This document shows, in pieces, positions 36,196 through 49,400 of a stretch of 64,000 nucleotides of DNA. The notes below the pieces were generated by a model. The model was given only the letters and a program-made list of their open reading frames with translations, was not told the DNA's origin and searched no databases. The first letter of the stretch is position 1. Every line of letters starts with the position of its first letter. A program made the position numbers and the translations under genes. This stretch comes from Vulcanimicrobiota bacterium (GTDB lineage: Bacteria; Vulcanimicrobiota; Vulcanimicrobiia; Vulcanimicrobiales; Vulcanimicrobiaceae): NCBI GenBank assembly GCA_963786105.1, contig CAWAXX010000012.1, forward strand, positions 194,999-258,998, written 5' to 3'.

Positions 36196-37725
36196 CTAGA
36201 ACAGACGCCGTAGTCCTTCGTCGCCGTCGTCGAGAACCGGAATCGCATCGGCAAGCGCATCGATGACGTCGCCGGCCACGACGCCCACGCTGCGAAACTC
36301 CGCTGCGTACTGCCCCGCCAAACCGTGCCAGTAGGCGCCGGCGCGCGCGGCGTCTACGACCGTTAATCCCTGCGAAGCGAGCGTGGCGATGATGCCGGAG
36401 AGAACGTCGCCGCTGCCCGCCGTCGCGAGTGCGTTGGTACCGGTCGCGTTGAGGTGCATCGTCGCGCCGTCGTAAACCAACGTGTCGCGTCCTTTTAGCA
36501 GCGTCGTAATGCCGGTGCGGTCTACGAACTCGCGGAGGCGGCTCATACGCTCGCCTTCGCGAATCCTACCCTTTCCGGAAAGGCGTGCGAACTCACCCGC
36601 GTGCGGCGTCACGATTGCGGCCTTTCCGCGCAAAGCGTCGAGGTTTTTGGCGAGATGAAAGAGGGCGCTGGCGTCGACGACGGCCGGTAGAGTATTGCGC
36701 CGCAGGAATTCCGTGACGATCGCTCCCGTGCGCTCGTCGAGTCCGAGCCCCGGGCCGATCGCGACCGAGGTGTTCCGCTGCGAAATCTCGAGAAGCGTTT
36801 CGACGATCGATTCAAGCGGCGCATCGTCGGAAAGCCCGACGACGACTTGTTCGACCAAGTGCCCGCGCAGCACGTTCGCGACGGCGTCCGGAGTCGCCAC
36901 CGTCACGTAGCCGGCGCCGGCTCGCGCTGCGGCGCGAGCGCAGAGCACGGCGGCGCCGGGAAACTGGGGGGAACCTGCGATCACCAGCGGTGCGCCAGCC
37001 GCGCGCTTATCGGCCATCGCGGGGCGTTGCGGCAGCAGCCGTACGAATACCGAATCGTCGAGCGCGGCGAACGTGCGCGGCTGCGAGGACAGGATCGCAT
37101 CGTCGATGCCGATCGGAGCGTACCACAACTCGCCCACGAGCTCGCGCGCCGGATCGAGGAATAGCCCCGGCTTTGCCGCCCCGATCGTGACGGTGACGGT
37201 CGCGCGCACGGCGTCGTCGCTTACGGCGCCGGTCAGCGCGTCGATGCCGCTTGGGATGTCGATCGCGAGCACGAACCCGCGTCGGGCGTCGAGCGCACGC
37301 GCGAGAGCGCGATACGCCTCCGGCATCGGCAAGCGAGCGCCCGTGCCGAAGAGGCCGTCGACACCGATCGCGGAATCGAGTGCAGCGCGGGCCGCATCCT
37401 CGGTTTCCGGCAACGGCCGAATCGAAACGCCGGCCTCGCGCGCGCGAGTCATTGCAGCTTCGCGCGCTTTCGATGGATTCGCGATTGGCGCCGCGTGCAC
37501 GACGCGCTCGAACTCGGGCGCGAGTTCGGCCAACGCCGCGAACGCGTCGCCGCCGTTGTTTCCCGGACCGGCAAACGCCACAATGCGCTTGACGCCGGCA
37601 TTGGTGTCGCGGAGACGGCGCGCAATTCGCCGGCCGGCCTCGTGCATTAGCGCATCCTCGCCCACCACGCCGATGGCTGCCGAATCGGCGACGCGCATTT
37701 GCTCCGGGGTGAGAACGTAGATCAT
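36196..37725 (-). CDS. nnr: Bifunctional NAD(P)H-hydrate epimerase/dehydratase
   Basis: GPGNNGGD, DGLFGTG, DIPSG, IGPGLG, TPHAGE, ATAGSGDVL. Confidence 0.93.
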   Translation of the reverse strand: MIYVLTPEQMRVADSAAIGVVGEDALMHEAGRRIARRLRDTNAGVKRIVAFAGPGNNGGDAFAALAELAPEFERVVHAAPIANPSKAREAAMTRAREAGVSIRPLPETEDAARAALDSAIGVDGLFGTGARLPMPEAYRALARALDARRGFVLAIDIPSGIDALTGAVSDDAVRATVTVTIGAAKPGLFLDPARELVGELWYAPIGIDDAILSSQPRTFAALDDSVFVRLLPQRPAMADKRAAGAPLVIAGSPQFPGAAVLCARAAARAGAGYVTVATPDAVANVLRGHLVEQVVVGLSDDAPLESIVETLLEISQRNTSVAIGPGLGLDERTGAIVTEFLRRNTLPAVVDASALFHLAKNLDALRGKAAIVTPHAGEFARLSGKGRIREGERMSRLREFVDRTGITTLLKGRDTLVYDGATMHLNATGTNALATAGSGDVLSGIIATLASQGLTVVDAARAGAYWHGLAGQYAAEFRSVGVVAGDVIDALADAIPVLDDGDEGLRRLF

Positions 37726-38084
37726 CGCTCGAGAATGACAACCGCGGCCGCGGTTTTCGCCGTGTGCGTGATGGTGAGATGAATCGCCCGTACGTCGCGG
37801 GCCGCGAGCAGCCGCGCGGCCTTGCCGAGGAGTTCGATCGTCGGCTTGCCGCTGCGCTCGTGGCCGACGCCGATCCAGCGCCAGGGGATGGCGTGACCGA
37901 AGGCTTTGCGGGTCGCTTCCTTGGCGGCAAAAAAGCCGGCGAGCCGTTCGGGCCAGTTGCGCTTCCGCATCGCGTACGCCATTTCTGCCTCGGTGTAGAC
38001 TTTACGCGCGAACCATTCGCGCTTGCGGGCGTCGAAGCGGTAACGCTCCACTTCGGCAAGGTCGATTCCCACTCCGACGATCAT
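37722..38084 (-). CDS. acpS: Holo-[acyl-carrier-protein] synthase
   Basis: GVGIDLAE, FAAKEA, GKP, LTITH. Confidence 0.92.
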   Translation of the reverse strand: MIVGVGIDLAEVERYRFDARKREWFARKVYTEAEMAYAMRKRNWPERLAGFFAAKEATRKAFGHAIPWRWIGVGHERSGKPTIELLGKAARLLAARDVRAIHLTITHTAKTAAAVVILER

Positions 38085-38182
38085 GAACGATAACGAGTTC
38101 TTAACGCGAAGCGCTTTGTCATCCCGTCGATCGGGGAAGCCGAAAGTTTTTCGGTTGCGGATGGCGAAGTGCGACCGGCGAG

Positions 38183-38725
38183 ATGAACGGCCGGATTCGC
38201 ATCGTACCGATCAATGCTTTAGAGCCTGCATTCCTCGACCGCCTCGCTCTGTGCCTCGAGGAACGATTCCTCGCGAGCACCCACATCGAGAGGGCGCTGG
38301 CGGTGACGCGCAGCGCGCTCAACTCCGCACGGCAGCAGCTCTTCCTTTCGACCCTCACCTCGAAAGTTCTGCGGGCGTATCCCGAAAGCGACGGCGTTCG
38401 TTTGGTCGTGACGGATTTCGACTTATATAAGACGTCGCACCGGTTTATCTTCGGCGACGGCGACGAAGCGGCCGGCATCGCCACGGTTTCGCTCCATCGG
38501 CTTCGTTCCGAGTTCTACGGGGAAGAGCCCGACCCCAACCGGCTTTTTCAGCGCTCGCTCAAAGAATCGGTTCACGAACTCGGCCACGCTTACGGCCTGA
38601 AGCACTGTTTCAACGCACGCTGTGCGATGTATTATTCGAACTCGATTTTCGAAACCGACAACAAAATGCCGCATTTTTGCGAAGTGTGCGACCGCCGCAT
38701 GACCCGAGCTCGTAAGGAGCTCTGA
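38183..38725 (+). CDS. Archaemetzincin-type Zn metalloprotease (M54)
   Basis: HELGHAYGLKHC…CAMYYSNS…DNK…FCEVC. Confidence 0.88.
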   Translation: MNGRIRIVPINALEPAFLDRLALCLEERFLASTHIERALAVTRSALNSARQQLFLSTLTSKVLRAYPESDGVRLVVTDFDLYKTSHRFIFGDGDEAAGIATVSLHRLRSEFYGEEPDPNRLFQRSLKESVHELGHAYGLKHCFNARCAMYYSNSIFETDNKMPHFCEVCDRRMTRARKEL

Positions 38726-38816
38726 TTTGTCCCAGCTCTTCGTCAACGCGGGCCTCCTTTCCCGAAGCAAACTTCGGCCCTCGTTTCCTCGACCTAAAAC
38801 AAATCAAGAGCTCCTT
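38714..38816. repeat. Palindromic intergenic element, copy 2
   Basis: Core homologous to 23850-23932; flanks AAGGAGCTCTGATTTGT / ACAAATCAAGAGCTCCTT form an inverted repeat with one bulge. Confidence 0.85.
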
Positions 38817-38828
38817 TCGCTGACCGGT

Positions 38829-39611
38829 TTAGCGGAGGGCGCGGGCGTCGGCGAAGGATACCGTTTCTATGCCGCCGACGTCGCGTTCGATCTCGAGTCC
38901 CCCACCGTGGGCGAGGCGCAGCGCGGTCGCCTCGAATGGTTGCGTCTCCCCGTCTTTGAGAATCCGGTAACGCGCGCCCGGAAGTCCGGCGGCCGCTTCC
39001 CATAGCGCGGCCGTACGCGCTGGATCCGCGAGCAGGTCGAGCGCGCGCTCGTATTCACGCAGGACCGTCAGCAATAGCTGGGCGCGATCGACCGTTGCGA
39101 CATCGTCGCAGAAGGCCGGCGGGGGATTGAGGGCGACCTGCCCGCCGCGACCGCGGTTGACGTTGACGCCGACGCCGCAGGAGACCCACGCGGTTTCGGC
39201 GGTGATACGCGAGGTACACAGGATGCCGGCAACCTTTCCGCGCCCTTCGATCAGTAGATCGTTCGGCCAGTGCAACGTCGTCGCGACCCCACGTTGAGAC
39301 AACGCTTCGCGCACCGCCAGCGCGACCCAAAAGGGCACGGCCCAAACGTGCGCGGCGTCGATGACGCGCGGCAGAATCGTCGTTACGAGCAGCGACGTGC
39401 CCGGCTGCGACATCCACGAGCGGCCGTTGCGACCCTGGCCGCGCCGCTGATGCTCGGCAACGATGCTGAGCCCAAGACTCTCCTCGCTACCGAGCAGCCT
39501 TGAGGCGTCGGCGTTGGTGCTGTCGGTTTCGGCGACGTAGGTAATAGCCGAGAATGCCGAGCCGGCGAGCTCTCGGGCAATCGGTCCATAGGGGTGCACT
39601 TGGCGATCCAT
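38829..39611 (-). CDS. birA: Biotin--protein ligase (no N-terminal HTH)
   Basis: TDSTN, AEHQRRGQGRNGRSW, WPND, KVAGIL, GVGVN. Confidence 0.9.
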   Translation of the reverse strand: MDRQVHPYGPIARELAGSAFSAITYVAETDSTNADASRLLGSEESLGLSIVAEHQRRGQGRNGRSWMSQPGTSLLVTTILPRVIDAAHVWAVPFWVALAVREALSQRGVATTLHWPNDLLIEGRGKVAGILCTSRITAETAWVSCGVGVNVNRGRGGQVALNPPPAFCDDVATVDRAQLLLTVLREYERALDLLADPARTAALWEAAAGLPGARYRILKDGETQPFEATALRLAHGGGLEIERDVGGIETVSFADARALR

Positions 39612-39678
39612 CGGCGACGGGACGCCTTGGCCGCGAGCCGCAGGCTTACCCCCGCGGGGAGCCGTATTCGGCGGTGCT

Positions 39679-41905
<2,227 letters not shown>

Positions 41906-41992
41906 GCGCGAGAGGTTCGGTCGTCGAACGGGCGGTCCTAGGGAGCCGCGGCACCTTCCCGGAACCTGCTCGATGACCGCGCCCGGAATGAC

Positions 41993-42067
41993 GGGCCTGT
42001 AGCTCAGCGGTAGAGCGGCCGGCTCATAACTGGTTGCGCGTAGGTTCGAATCCTACCAGGCCCACCA
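41993..42067 (+). tRNA. tRNA with CAT anticodon, most likely tRNA-Ile2 (lysidine)
   Basis: Cloverleaf GGGCCTG…CAGGCCC-A-CCA, anticodon arm GCCGG-CTCATAA-CTGGT, T-loop TTCGAAT. No initiator GGG/CCC anticodon stem. Confidence 0.9.
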
Positions 42068-42088
42068 CGAATCGCTTGCTGATTCGGA

Positions 42089-42310
42089 CTAATCGACGGT
42101 AAGCGCGACCGAGCTAACGCCCGACGCTCGTCGATACCGTTTTGAAATCGGGCACCGCTTTGCAAGAGAAGCGAAACGTAACTGTGGCGTAGGCCATGCA
42201 GTCGAACCTGCGAGAATCCACCCGCCTCGCGTAGCGCGGTGAAGCGCAATCCAAAACGAACACGGCGCCAAGGCTGCCAGTTCCTTATCGAACACCGGGC
42301 CACCACCCGC
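42089..42310 (-). pseudogene. Tyrosine integrase C-terminal remnant
   Basis: VRLHGLRHSYVSLLLQSGA in one frame, …SVALTVD in another; directly 3' of the tRNA. Confidence 0.75.
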
Positions 42311-42600
42311 GCTGTTTACCTGAACGAGGTGCTCGAATCCGCAGACCTTACGCGCGCGCACGAGGGGGTGGCGTGAGAGGCCTAGGCCCGCCGCTGTCGG
42401 CGGTTACGACCAGCCTCTGGCCTAGGAGCGAAGCAGCCTGGCCTGATGGAGTCCAAAAAGATTCACGCTAATCGTGAGCACCGCATCCCCGTGAGCTCGG
42501 GTGCACGGGGTCGATTGAGAGGTTCGAGGCTCGCTTGCTTTGGTCTTATCGGCTAGCTACAACGAACTCGGCTGTCGAGGCACCTGTGATTAGTCCCCAC

Positions 42601-42629
42601 TTGCATATCGTGATCCAGGTTGTTATACT
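42601..42629 (+). promoter_or_regulatory. Sigma70-type promoter
   Basis: TTGCAT-17 bp-TATACT with extended -10 TG, followed by GGAGG and GTG 42654. Confidence 0.65.
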
Positions 42630-42653
42630 ACCTGTGTTACGGGAGGGTATGAC

Positions 42654-43070
42654 GTGGAACCACTGCAGGCGGACAATGATTACCTCGTCGCCGTGCTCAA
42701 TGCCCGCGATGCGCACAACGAAGCGATGGCCTTGCCGATGAGCACGGTAATTAGGCAGCTCTCGGACCTGCTTGGAGCGACAACCGTCGCGGCCATCGGG
42801 GGTGTCCAAGAGACGCGCGCCGTCCAGCAATGGATGAACGGCGAGCGCGAACCACAGCGACCACACGTTCTGCGCTTTGGACTCCAGCTCGCGCTGATGA
42901 TTTCCAGTCTCGCTAGCCGCGATCTGGCACGGGCCTGGTTTCACGGCTCCAACCCACAGCTCGACGATCGGGTTCCGATGGCGATGCTGCGCGATGAACC
43001 GCTCGATTCGATCCAGGTGCCGCTGATGGCGGCGGTCCGAGCTTTCGCCACTCACAACGGGCATCCATAA
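42654..43070 (+). CDS. Xre/MbcA/ParS-like antitoxin-type protein
   Basis: HTH-like LSDLLGATTVAAIGGV…RAVQQW and C-terminal ARAWFHGSNPQLDDRVP. Confidence 0.6.
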   Translation: MEPLQADNDYLVAVLNARDAHNEAMALPMSTVIRQLSDLLGATTVAAIGGVQETRAVQQWMNGEREPQRPHVLRFGLQLALMISSLASRDLARAWFHGSNPQLDDRVPMAMLRDEPLDSIQVPLMAAVRAFATHNGHP

Positions 43071-43163
43071 CAGGCCGTTTCCCGCGTCATAGCGGGGTAA
43101 TATTCCGCCACCGTAGAGCGCCCACGATCACTTCTTGTTTGTGCAAGACGAGCGCCGTAGTAT

Positions 43164-43661
43164 TTGCATAACCTAGTCTTGCAAAAAAGGGCGTGCGATG
43201 TGAACGAACCAGCCGGCATCTCCAAAGACTTAACGACGCTAGCAAAGGCGTTTCCAGCGCCTCCGGCGGCTGATTTGATGGAATCGCAGGTCAGCCATCA
43301 TAAGGTCGTGATGATATTTGCAAGCGAACTCGACATTTCGTGCAGGGAGGAGTTTGGCGCGGACTTAAAGCGTCTCGTCAACGTCCCAGCAGTTGTGCTG
43401 GATTTTACGGACGTTACGTTTATTGACTCAACGATCGTTGGCCAGTTGATTAAGCTTCACAACATTCGTGCGACGCAAGGCTACGACCGTGTGACTATTG
43501 TGATCGACAATCCGAACCTCATAAGACTTTTTAACATTCTTCAACTTGATGCTCTTTTTAACTTCGCTGCATCCCTATGCGACGCAGTTCAGCCCGGCGA
43601 ATTCATTGACATGCAGTACGCAAAATCCGGACTTGGCGGTCCGGTGGACTCACGCTCGTAG
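43164..43661 (+). CDS. STAS-domain anti-sigma-factor antagonist (start uncertain)
   Basis: ELDIS…VVLDFTDVTFIDST…RLFNILQL. Confidence 0.75.
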   Translation: MHNLVLQKRACDVNEPAGISKDLTTLAKAFPAPPAADLMESQVSHHKVVMIFASELDISCREEFGADLKRLVNVPAVVLDFTDVTFIDSTIVGQLIKLHNIRATQGYDRVTIVIDNPNLIRLFNILQLDALFNFAASLCDAVQPGEFIDMQYAKSGLGGPVDSRS

Positions 43662-43737
43662 CATTGCCACGAAGGTTTGAACCGGAGCGCGTCGGGGCAA
43701 AGAGGCAGTCAACCATTCGCCACTACGGGAGTTCCGC

Positions 43738-44256
43738 TTGAATATTTTGGACGTGATCAAGGGAGAGCACCGCGAAGTCGCCGCTATGCTTGATCGAGCC
43801 GACAAGTGCGACCCGGGAGACAAACAGCTGATTGATTTGGCAAGAAAAATCGAGACCGCGCTTTCTACTCATGTAAAAATAGAAGAACGCCTGTTTTACT
43901 CGCGTCTGCGTCAGGGCGCTGAGGAAGAGGACCAGCTAGTAGACGTCTACGAGGCGTACACCGAACACGATGTCGCCGATCACATCGTGCAATTGCTAAA
44001 ATCCGGTCGCAAGCCGGACGAGAAGTTCAAGGCCGAACTCCAAGTCCTGGGCGAGAGTATCCGGCATCACGTCAATGAAGAAGAGTCCACCATCTTTGCG
44101 ATGGCGCGCAAACTTCTAAGTCAGGCTGAGCAAAGCGAATTGGGTATAAAGTGGACTAAGGCTCGTCAGCGTTTAGACGCTGCAAAGGGACCGAACCCCC
44201 CAGGTAACTCAGTCAGAACGTCGCCGGCTCAAAGGAAGGTCTCTTCCAAGAGGTGA
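43738..44256 (+). CDS. Hemerythrin/HHE cation-binding protein
   Basis: EH, HVKIEERLFY, EH, HHVNEEE motifs. Confidence 0.85.
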   Translation: MNILDVIKGEHREVAAMLDRADKCDPGDKQLIDLARKIETALSTHVKIEERLFYSRLRQGAEEEDQLVDVYEAYTEHDVADHIVQLLKSGRKPDEKFKAELQVLGESIRHHVNEEESTIFAMARKLLSQAEQSELGIKWTKARQRLDAAKGPNPPGNSVRTSPAQRKVSSKR

Positions 44257-44396
44257 GCGGTCAACTGGTTTGTTTCGTCCTTACTCACGAAAGACTGCAA
44301 ACAATAGACGGGCAAACATCCCGTTCGTGAGGAAACCGGGCGACTCGACGAGTTCCGAGCTATGAAGGATTACCCGCCTGCCGGTCGAGGCCACCC

Positions 44397-45371
44397 CTAT
44401 CGTGAAACTTGACTTACGACGGCACCGGCAGGTTGCGAGATTTCACTCGTTAGCGTAAAGAGCGGTGAGCCGCCAGGGAACGAATAGCCTTTCACGTTGC
44501 TGTTGTCGTAATCCGGAACGATGACCGCCGCGGTGGAGGCGGAACCGTACTTTGCAAACTCGGCGACCGTCGAACCATGCGGAAGTGATAAGCTGCCGAC
44601 GATGGTTGCAGTCGAGCCGCTAACCGTAACGCGGTAGATAACGGCGGGATAGTAGAGATTGGCAACGAGGAGCTGTCGCCCGTCGGCCAGCAAGCCGCTG
44701 GTAAGCGGGATCGTGCCCCCGCTGACGTTGAGAATCGTAAAGCTTTGGTTGCCATGATGAAGAACGCCAAGTCTGCCCACATTCGTATCGTCGTATGCGT
44801 CAACGTACAGGTTGCCCTTGCCGTCGTAGTCGCAAAAGAGCGGCTCGTATAGAGTTGCGTCTGAATATTCGATCGGCGATCCCAACGACGCTGGGTAGAC
44901 GATGACGTTTCCAGGTTCGGTGCCCGACGAATTCTCGAGATTCGTGACCGCGAGCTCTCCGCTCGCTGCGTTCACCGCGCAGCTGTAAGGAATTCCTAGT
45001 GCGTCGCTAATCGTGGTGGTAGGCGTAATAGCTCCGTGCGCGTACTGTTTGATCATGCGTGCGCCGAAATCCACGATGAAAACGTCGCCCTTTGCATTGG
45101 TGCATTCACCCAAGGGAGATTGAAAGCCGAAAAGCTCGCCTTCGAGTTGCGGCGTTCCCCCGCTTTTATACGAATAGACCGTAACGCCCCCTGTTCCCGA
45201 ATTGGAAACGTACAGCAAGGCGTCGCGGTGCGCGTTCGGCCTCATCCACGATTTACGAACGGTTCGATCGGCTTGAGGAATAGCTGCGATGGAGGGAGCG
45301 TTGGGTGGATTCGAGCAGGCGGACAAGGCGACGAGCGCGCTGACGGCGGTCAGTCGATTCAGATTCGTCAT
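44397..45371 (-). CDS. Secreted lipoprotein, probable beta-propeller
   Basis: Lipobox LSAC; SWMRPNA…LLYVS; repeated P-x-G-x-C…G[DN]LYV blades. Confidence 0.75.
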   Translation of the reverse strand: MTNLNRLTAVSALVALSACSNPPNAPSIAAIPQADRTVRKSWMRPNAHRDALLYVSNSGTGGVTVYSYKSGGTPQLEGELFGFQSPLGECTNAKGDVFIVDFGARMIKQYAHGAITPTTTISDALGIPYSCAVNAASGELAVTNLENSSGTEPGNVIVYPASLGSPIEYSDATLYEPLFCDYDGKGNLYVDAYDDTNVGRLGVLHHGNQSFTILNVSGGTIPLTSGLLADGRQLLVANLYYPAVIYRVTVSGSTATIVGSLSLPHGSTVAEFAKYGSASTAAVIVPDYDNSNVKGYSFPGGSPLFTLTSEISQPAGAVVSQVSR

Positions 45372-46432
45372 GGCAGCACCCGGAAACGCGCAACCATGCC
45401 TCCCTCAAGATGCACGTTGACGTGACAATGGTAGAGCCAAACTCCAGGATTGTCCGGAATCATATCGGCAACCATCATGCCCATTGGGCCGAGTTGGATG
45501 GTGTCCGTACGCATGCCGTTTACGGTCACCGTTTCACCGTGCCAGTGCGGAGCGTGGAAGTCGAAATCGCTCATCGATGCCATGACGTACCAGCGGGTTC
45601 GCTGGCCGATTCGAACGTCAATCAACGGCATGTTGCCGTAGACGAAGCCGTCTAACGAATAGAATGCGTTCGCATCGTTGAATTTCGGCGCCGCAGCTTT
45701 GATGCCGCGCGGATTGACGAGCTTGTCGGCGAGGTTTTCTCCGAGGAGACGGCTTTGGCTTTCGTCCATTTGCGTAAAGAGCGAATACACTTCGCGGTCG
45801 ACGTCCGACGGCGAGCCGTCCTCCTTGGCGGCGCCTCGTCGCGTCACCACAATCGGTCCGATCAGTCCCGTATTGACGTCGCGAAGCTCGTCGGTATGCG
45901 AATGATACATCCACAGGACGGAACTCGGGTCCATTAGGCCCGGACCGGAGCGCTCCGGTACGTCGAAGTGATAGGTGTAGGCCGCGCCGGGCGCGACCGA
46001 ATCGCCGGGCTTTTTGGCGACGCCGCTGCCGTCGAGATAAGGAGCTCCCTCGGAGTCTTTTAAGTAGCGGAGTCCGTGAACGTGAAAGCTTAGGCCTAAA
46101 CGGGAATTGTTTTTGAACACTACGACGAGCGAGTCGCCCACCTCAGCGTGAATCGTAGGACCGAGAAGGCCCATGTACCGGTCGGCATCCAGACGCGGCT
46201 TGATCGTGGCGAACGATCCGTCGGTATACTCGTGATACACGATTTTACGATAGGCAAAGCCGAGCTGGGCACCGTCCGGTTTAAGCGGCGAACCGGTGAG
46301 AACGTTGGTCCCGGTAGGGGCGTAGTTCCACAGAACTTCGTCGGCGGCAATATAGTACGTGCGCTGAGCTGCCAGAGCCGGCGTGCAACACAGTAACGCG
46401 AGGGCGATCCCCCCAAGCGGACTTTTCAACAT
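45368..46432 (-). CDS. Two-domain multicopper oxidase, ceruloplasmin-like
   Basis: HVHG, WMYHSH, HAPHWHG, WLYHCHVNVHLEGGM; signal peptide; RTYYIAADEVLWNYAP. Confidence 0.9.
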   Translation of the reverse strand: MLKSPLGGIALALLCCTPALAAQRTYYIAADEVLWNYAPTGTNVLTGSPLKPDGAQLGFAYRKIVYHEYTDGSFATIKPRLDADRYMGLLGPTIHAEVGDSLVVVFKNNSRLGLSFHVHGLRYLKDSEGAPYLDGSGVAKKPGDSVAPGAAYTYHFDVPERSGPGLMDPSSVLWMYHSHTDELRDVNTGLIGPIVVTRRGAAKEDGSPSDVDREVYSLFTQMDESQSRLLGENLADKLVNPRGIKAAAPKFNDANAFYSLDGFVYGNMPLIDVRIGQRTRWYVMASMSDFDFHAPHWHGETVTVNGMRTDTIQLGPMGMMVADMIPDNPGVWLYHCHVNVHLEGGMVARFRVLP

Positions 46433-46485
46433 GCCGCGATCCTATCATAGCGCCGTGCGGTCGACGTGCCGGGCTCAGATCCGCG

Positions 46486-49400
46486 TTAACGTCCGGCGGC
46501 GATGCGGGCATTGACCCCAACGGAGAGGAAGGCGCGTCGCGTTTCGACGTCCACAATCGCGTTGCCGAAATCTCGCAGGCGGTCTCGCGCCTGGGACGCC
46601 GCGGCGGCGGCGTCCTCTCGCGCTCCCGCTGCCGCGAATCCCTGGCCGATCGCCCACCAGACGTAGTGAGGCCAGAACGCTCCACCTAGGCCCGATTCGG
46701 CAAGCTGCCGTAGTTCGCAAGCGGTGGCGTGGGCGTCTTCGATGCGACCGGCGCCGACGTATCCAAGAATCAAATCCGCGAGGTCGTCGACGAAATCCCT
46801 GGCCTCCTGAATCGGCCGCCGGATCTCAACGCCGGCCCGCATGTGTTCGATCGCCGCGTCGAACTCCCCGAGCGCGCGCTCGGCGTTGCCAAGATTCGCG
46901 AGCGCCGCGGCTTCGAAAACCGGGTACGCAATTTCTCTTGCGGTCGTCAGCGCCGACGCAGCAAGCGCTCTTGCCGCCGGTGCGTCGCCTAGGTGTAGAT
47001 TGGCGAAGCTGGCGTTTACCTGGTTGGCGACGACCGTGCGCGCCTCTTGGACGGTTTCGAAGTACGCATTCGATCGCTCGATCGAGAGCAAAGCCTCGCG
47101 AAACAGCCCCAAACGCATGAGCAGCAGCGTCCGGTTAGTATGCGTTATTGCCAGTCCGCGCTTATTGCCGATCGATTCGTATGCGTTCAGCGCGAAATCG
47201 AATTCTCGCAAGCTGGCTTTGTAGTCGGCGAGCCACGCGGCAGTTACGGCCAGACGTCCGCGGGATGCGGCCTCGCCCTCGCGGTCGTTGATGGCCAGTT
47301 GAAGCGCAAGTGCGCGCTCGGTCAGTTCGAAGCACTCCTGGTACTCTTGGCGTAACAGGTGAGCGGTCGCGGCCACCGCGAGAGCGCGCGCCTCAACGGA
47401 TCGGTCGGCAAGACTCGAAGCGCGCTCTCTCATGCGCGTGAGATGGGCTCGCGACTCCTCGATGTCTCCGATATTCGAGGTGAAGTCCACCAACAAATAC
47501 AGACATTCGAGCTGACCTCGAAGATCGCCCAGACGTTCGTAGATCGCAAGCGCCGTGTGGGCGGCTGCGAGACCTTCCGATGGACGGCTGCACAGCCCGG
47601 CGTGGGTCGCAGCTTCCGCGAGCGTTTGCGCGCGCGCGTCGTCTTCGGCCAGCGACTCGGCAACTACACCCATCTCCCCGATGAGCCGCCCCTCCTCTTC
47701 TGACTCCCCGAGACTGCGCGCAAGCAGTACGCGCCTTTTGAGAACGTCAAAGAGGTCGCGCGGTGCGCGAGCGAGCCGCTGTAATGCATCGATATCATCG
47801 CGCTGTCCGTTTCGGTCGCCACGCCGGCCTCGTGCCTTCTCGCGCACGTCGAGGGCAGCTGCGCGGACGTCGTCGGAAAGCGCGTTCTCCAGCGCGCGCG
47901 TCGCGAGGTCGACGGCATCACCGTAAGCGTGAATCTCCGCCGCCAAGCGCGCTGCTTTACAATACCAATCCGCCGATCGGCCGGTGTCTCCTGACCGCTC
48001 GTAGTGGCGCGCGATTTCCCGCACGGGCGCGCCCTCGTGGTCCCGGTAGGTAGTTTCTAGGAAACGCGCTATGCGAGAATGCCGTTGAGATCGCAAGCTG
48101 GGGTCGATCGTATCGTACATCGACTCGGTGATGAGATGATGGTTGAAGACGTAGTCGTGTCTCGCACGGGCTCCTGCCTCCCGCAAAATGCGCCGATCGA
48201 GGAGCTCGTCCAGCCCCCGCGCAACCGTTGCCGCGGGTACGTTGGAAACCTCGCGGATCATGGAAATAGTGAATCCTACGCCCGCCACCGCCGCGATTTC
48301 GGCAACGGTGCGAGCCTCGTCGCCAAGGTGTGCGAGGCGCGCGGCGATGAGACCCGAGACCGATTCCGGAGGAGAATCCGCGAGCGCTCGATCCTTTTCC
48401 AGCTCGACGCTGATCGCCTCGTCGAGAAAAAGCGCGTTACCTTCACTTTGGGCGTACAGTGCCTGGGCCAGAACGCTGCCTCCGTTGCGTAACGCTTCGA
48501 TGCCGTCCACAAGTTCCTCAACGTCCGCCTCCTCAAGGCGTTCGAGTTGGACCTCTTCGACGTAGTCGAAGACCTGCAAGGATCGCTGCAACGTACGCAG
48601 GAGGTGATCGATGGGCGTGTCTTCGTCGCGGCAGGTTGCGAGAACGAGTATCGGCACGCGGGTCAACTCTCGCGCGATCGCGCCGAGAGCTTCGACGCTC
48701 GCGGAACCCGCCCAATGCAGGTCTTCTAGGACGAGGAGTAGCGGTCGCGGCGAGGCCAGCCCGCACACGGCATGAGAAAGTGCGTCGTAGGTTCTGGACG
48801 TTTCCCTTTCGGGCGACTGCTGTGGAAGCTCGACCTCAGAGACGTTCGGATCGCGTAATTCGGGAAGCAACCGCGCGAGCGTCGAACGGCGCGCGCGTGC
48901 CGGCGGTCGGGCAAGCAACAGCGGCAAACCGGAACGCAAAGCTTCGATGATTGCTTGATATGGTGTCGATTCCGGTGCTGCCGTGGTGCCGATGAGGACG
49001 CGGCCTCCTTCGGATTGCACGACCCGTGCGAGTTCCGACGCCAGCCGGGTCTTTCCGACGCCGGCCTCTCCGCTCAGAAGCACGAAGGCTCCCGCGCCAC
49101 GAGCCGCTCGCGTCCACGCCGCGCGTAACTTGGCCAACTCTCGCCGGCGTCCGACGAACGGAAGGACGCGCGTCAAGCCTCCCGCGAGGCCTTCAGCGGG
49201 GATGGTGCGCTGAAGCGACCCTGGCAGAACGTCGTTTCGCAGAATCGACTGCCGCAGCGCAACGGTCTCCGGCATTGGGGCGACGGCGAGTTCGTCGCGC
49301 AGCCGTTTTGCGAAGCGATCGTATTCTGCCAACGCTCCAGCCGTGTCTCCCGACTCGTAACGAAGCGCGACCAGCGTGCGCAACGTGTCCTCGCGCCACG

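Noticed and set aside
44284..44335. GGCAAAC within an inverted repeat, resembling a c-di-GMP-I riboswitch
   Set aside because: No GNRA loop or GCAAA/P2 elements, and it lies between convergent gene ends
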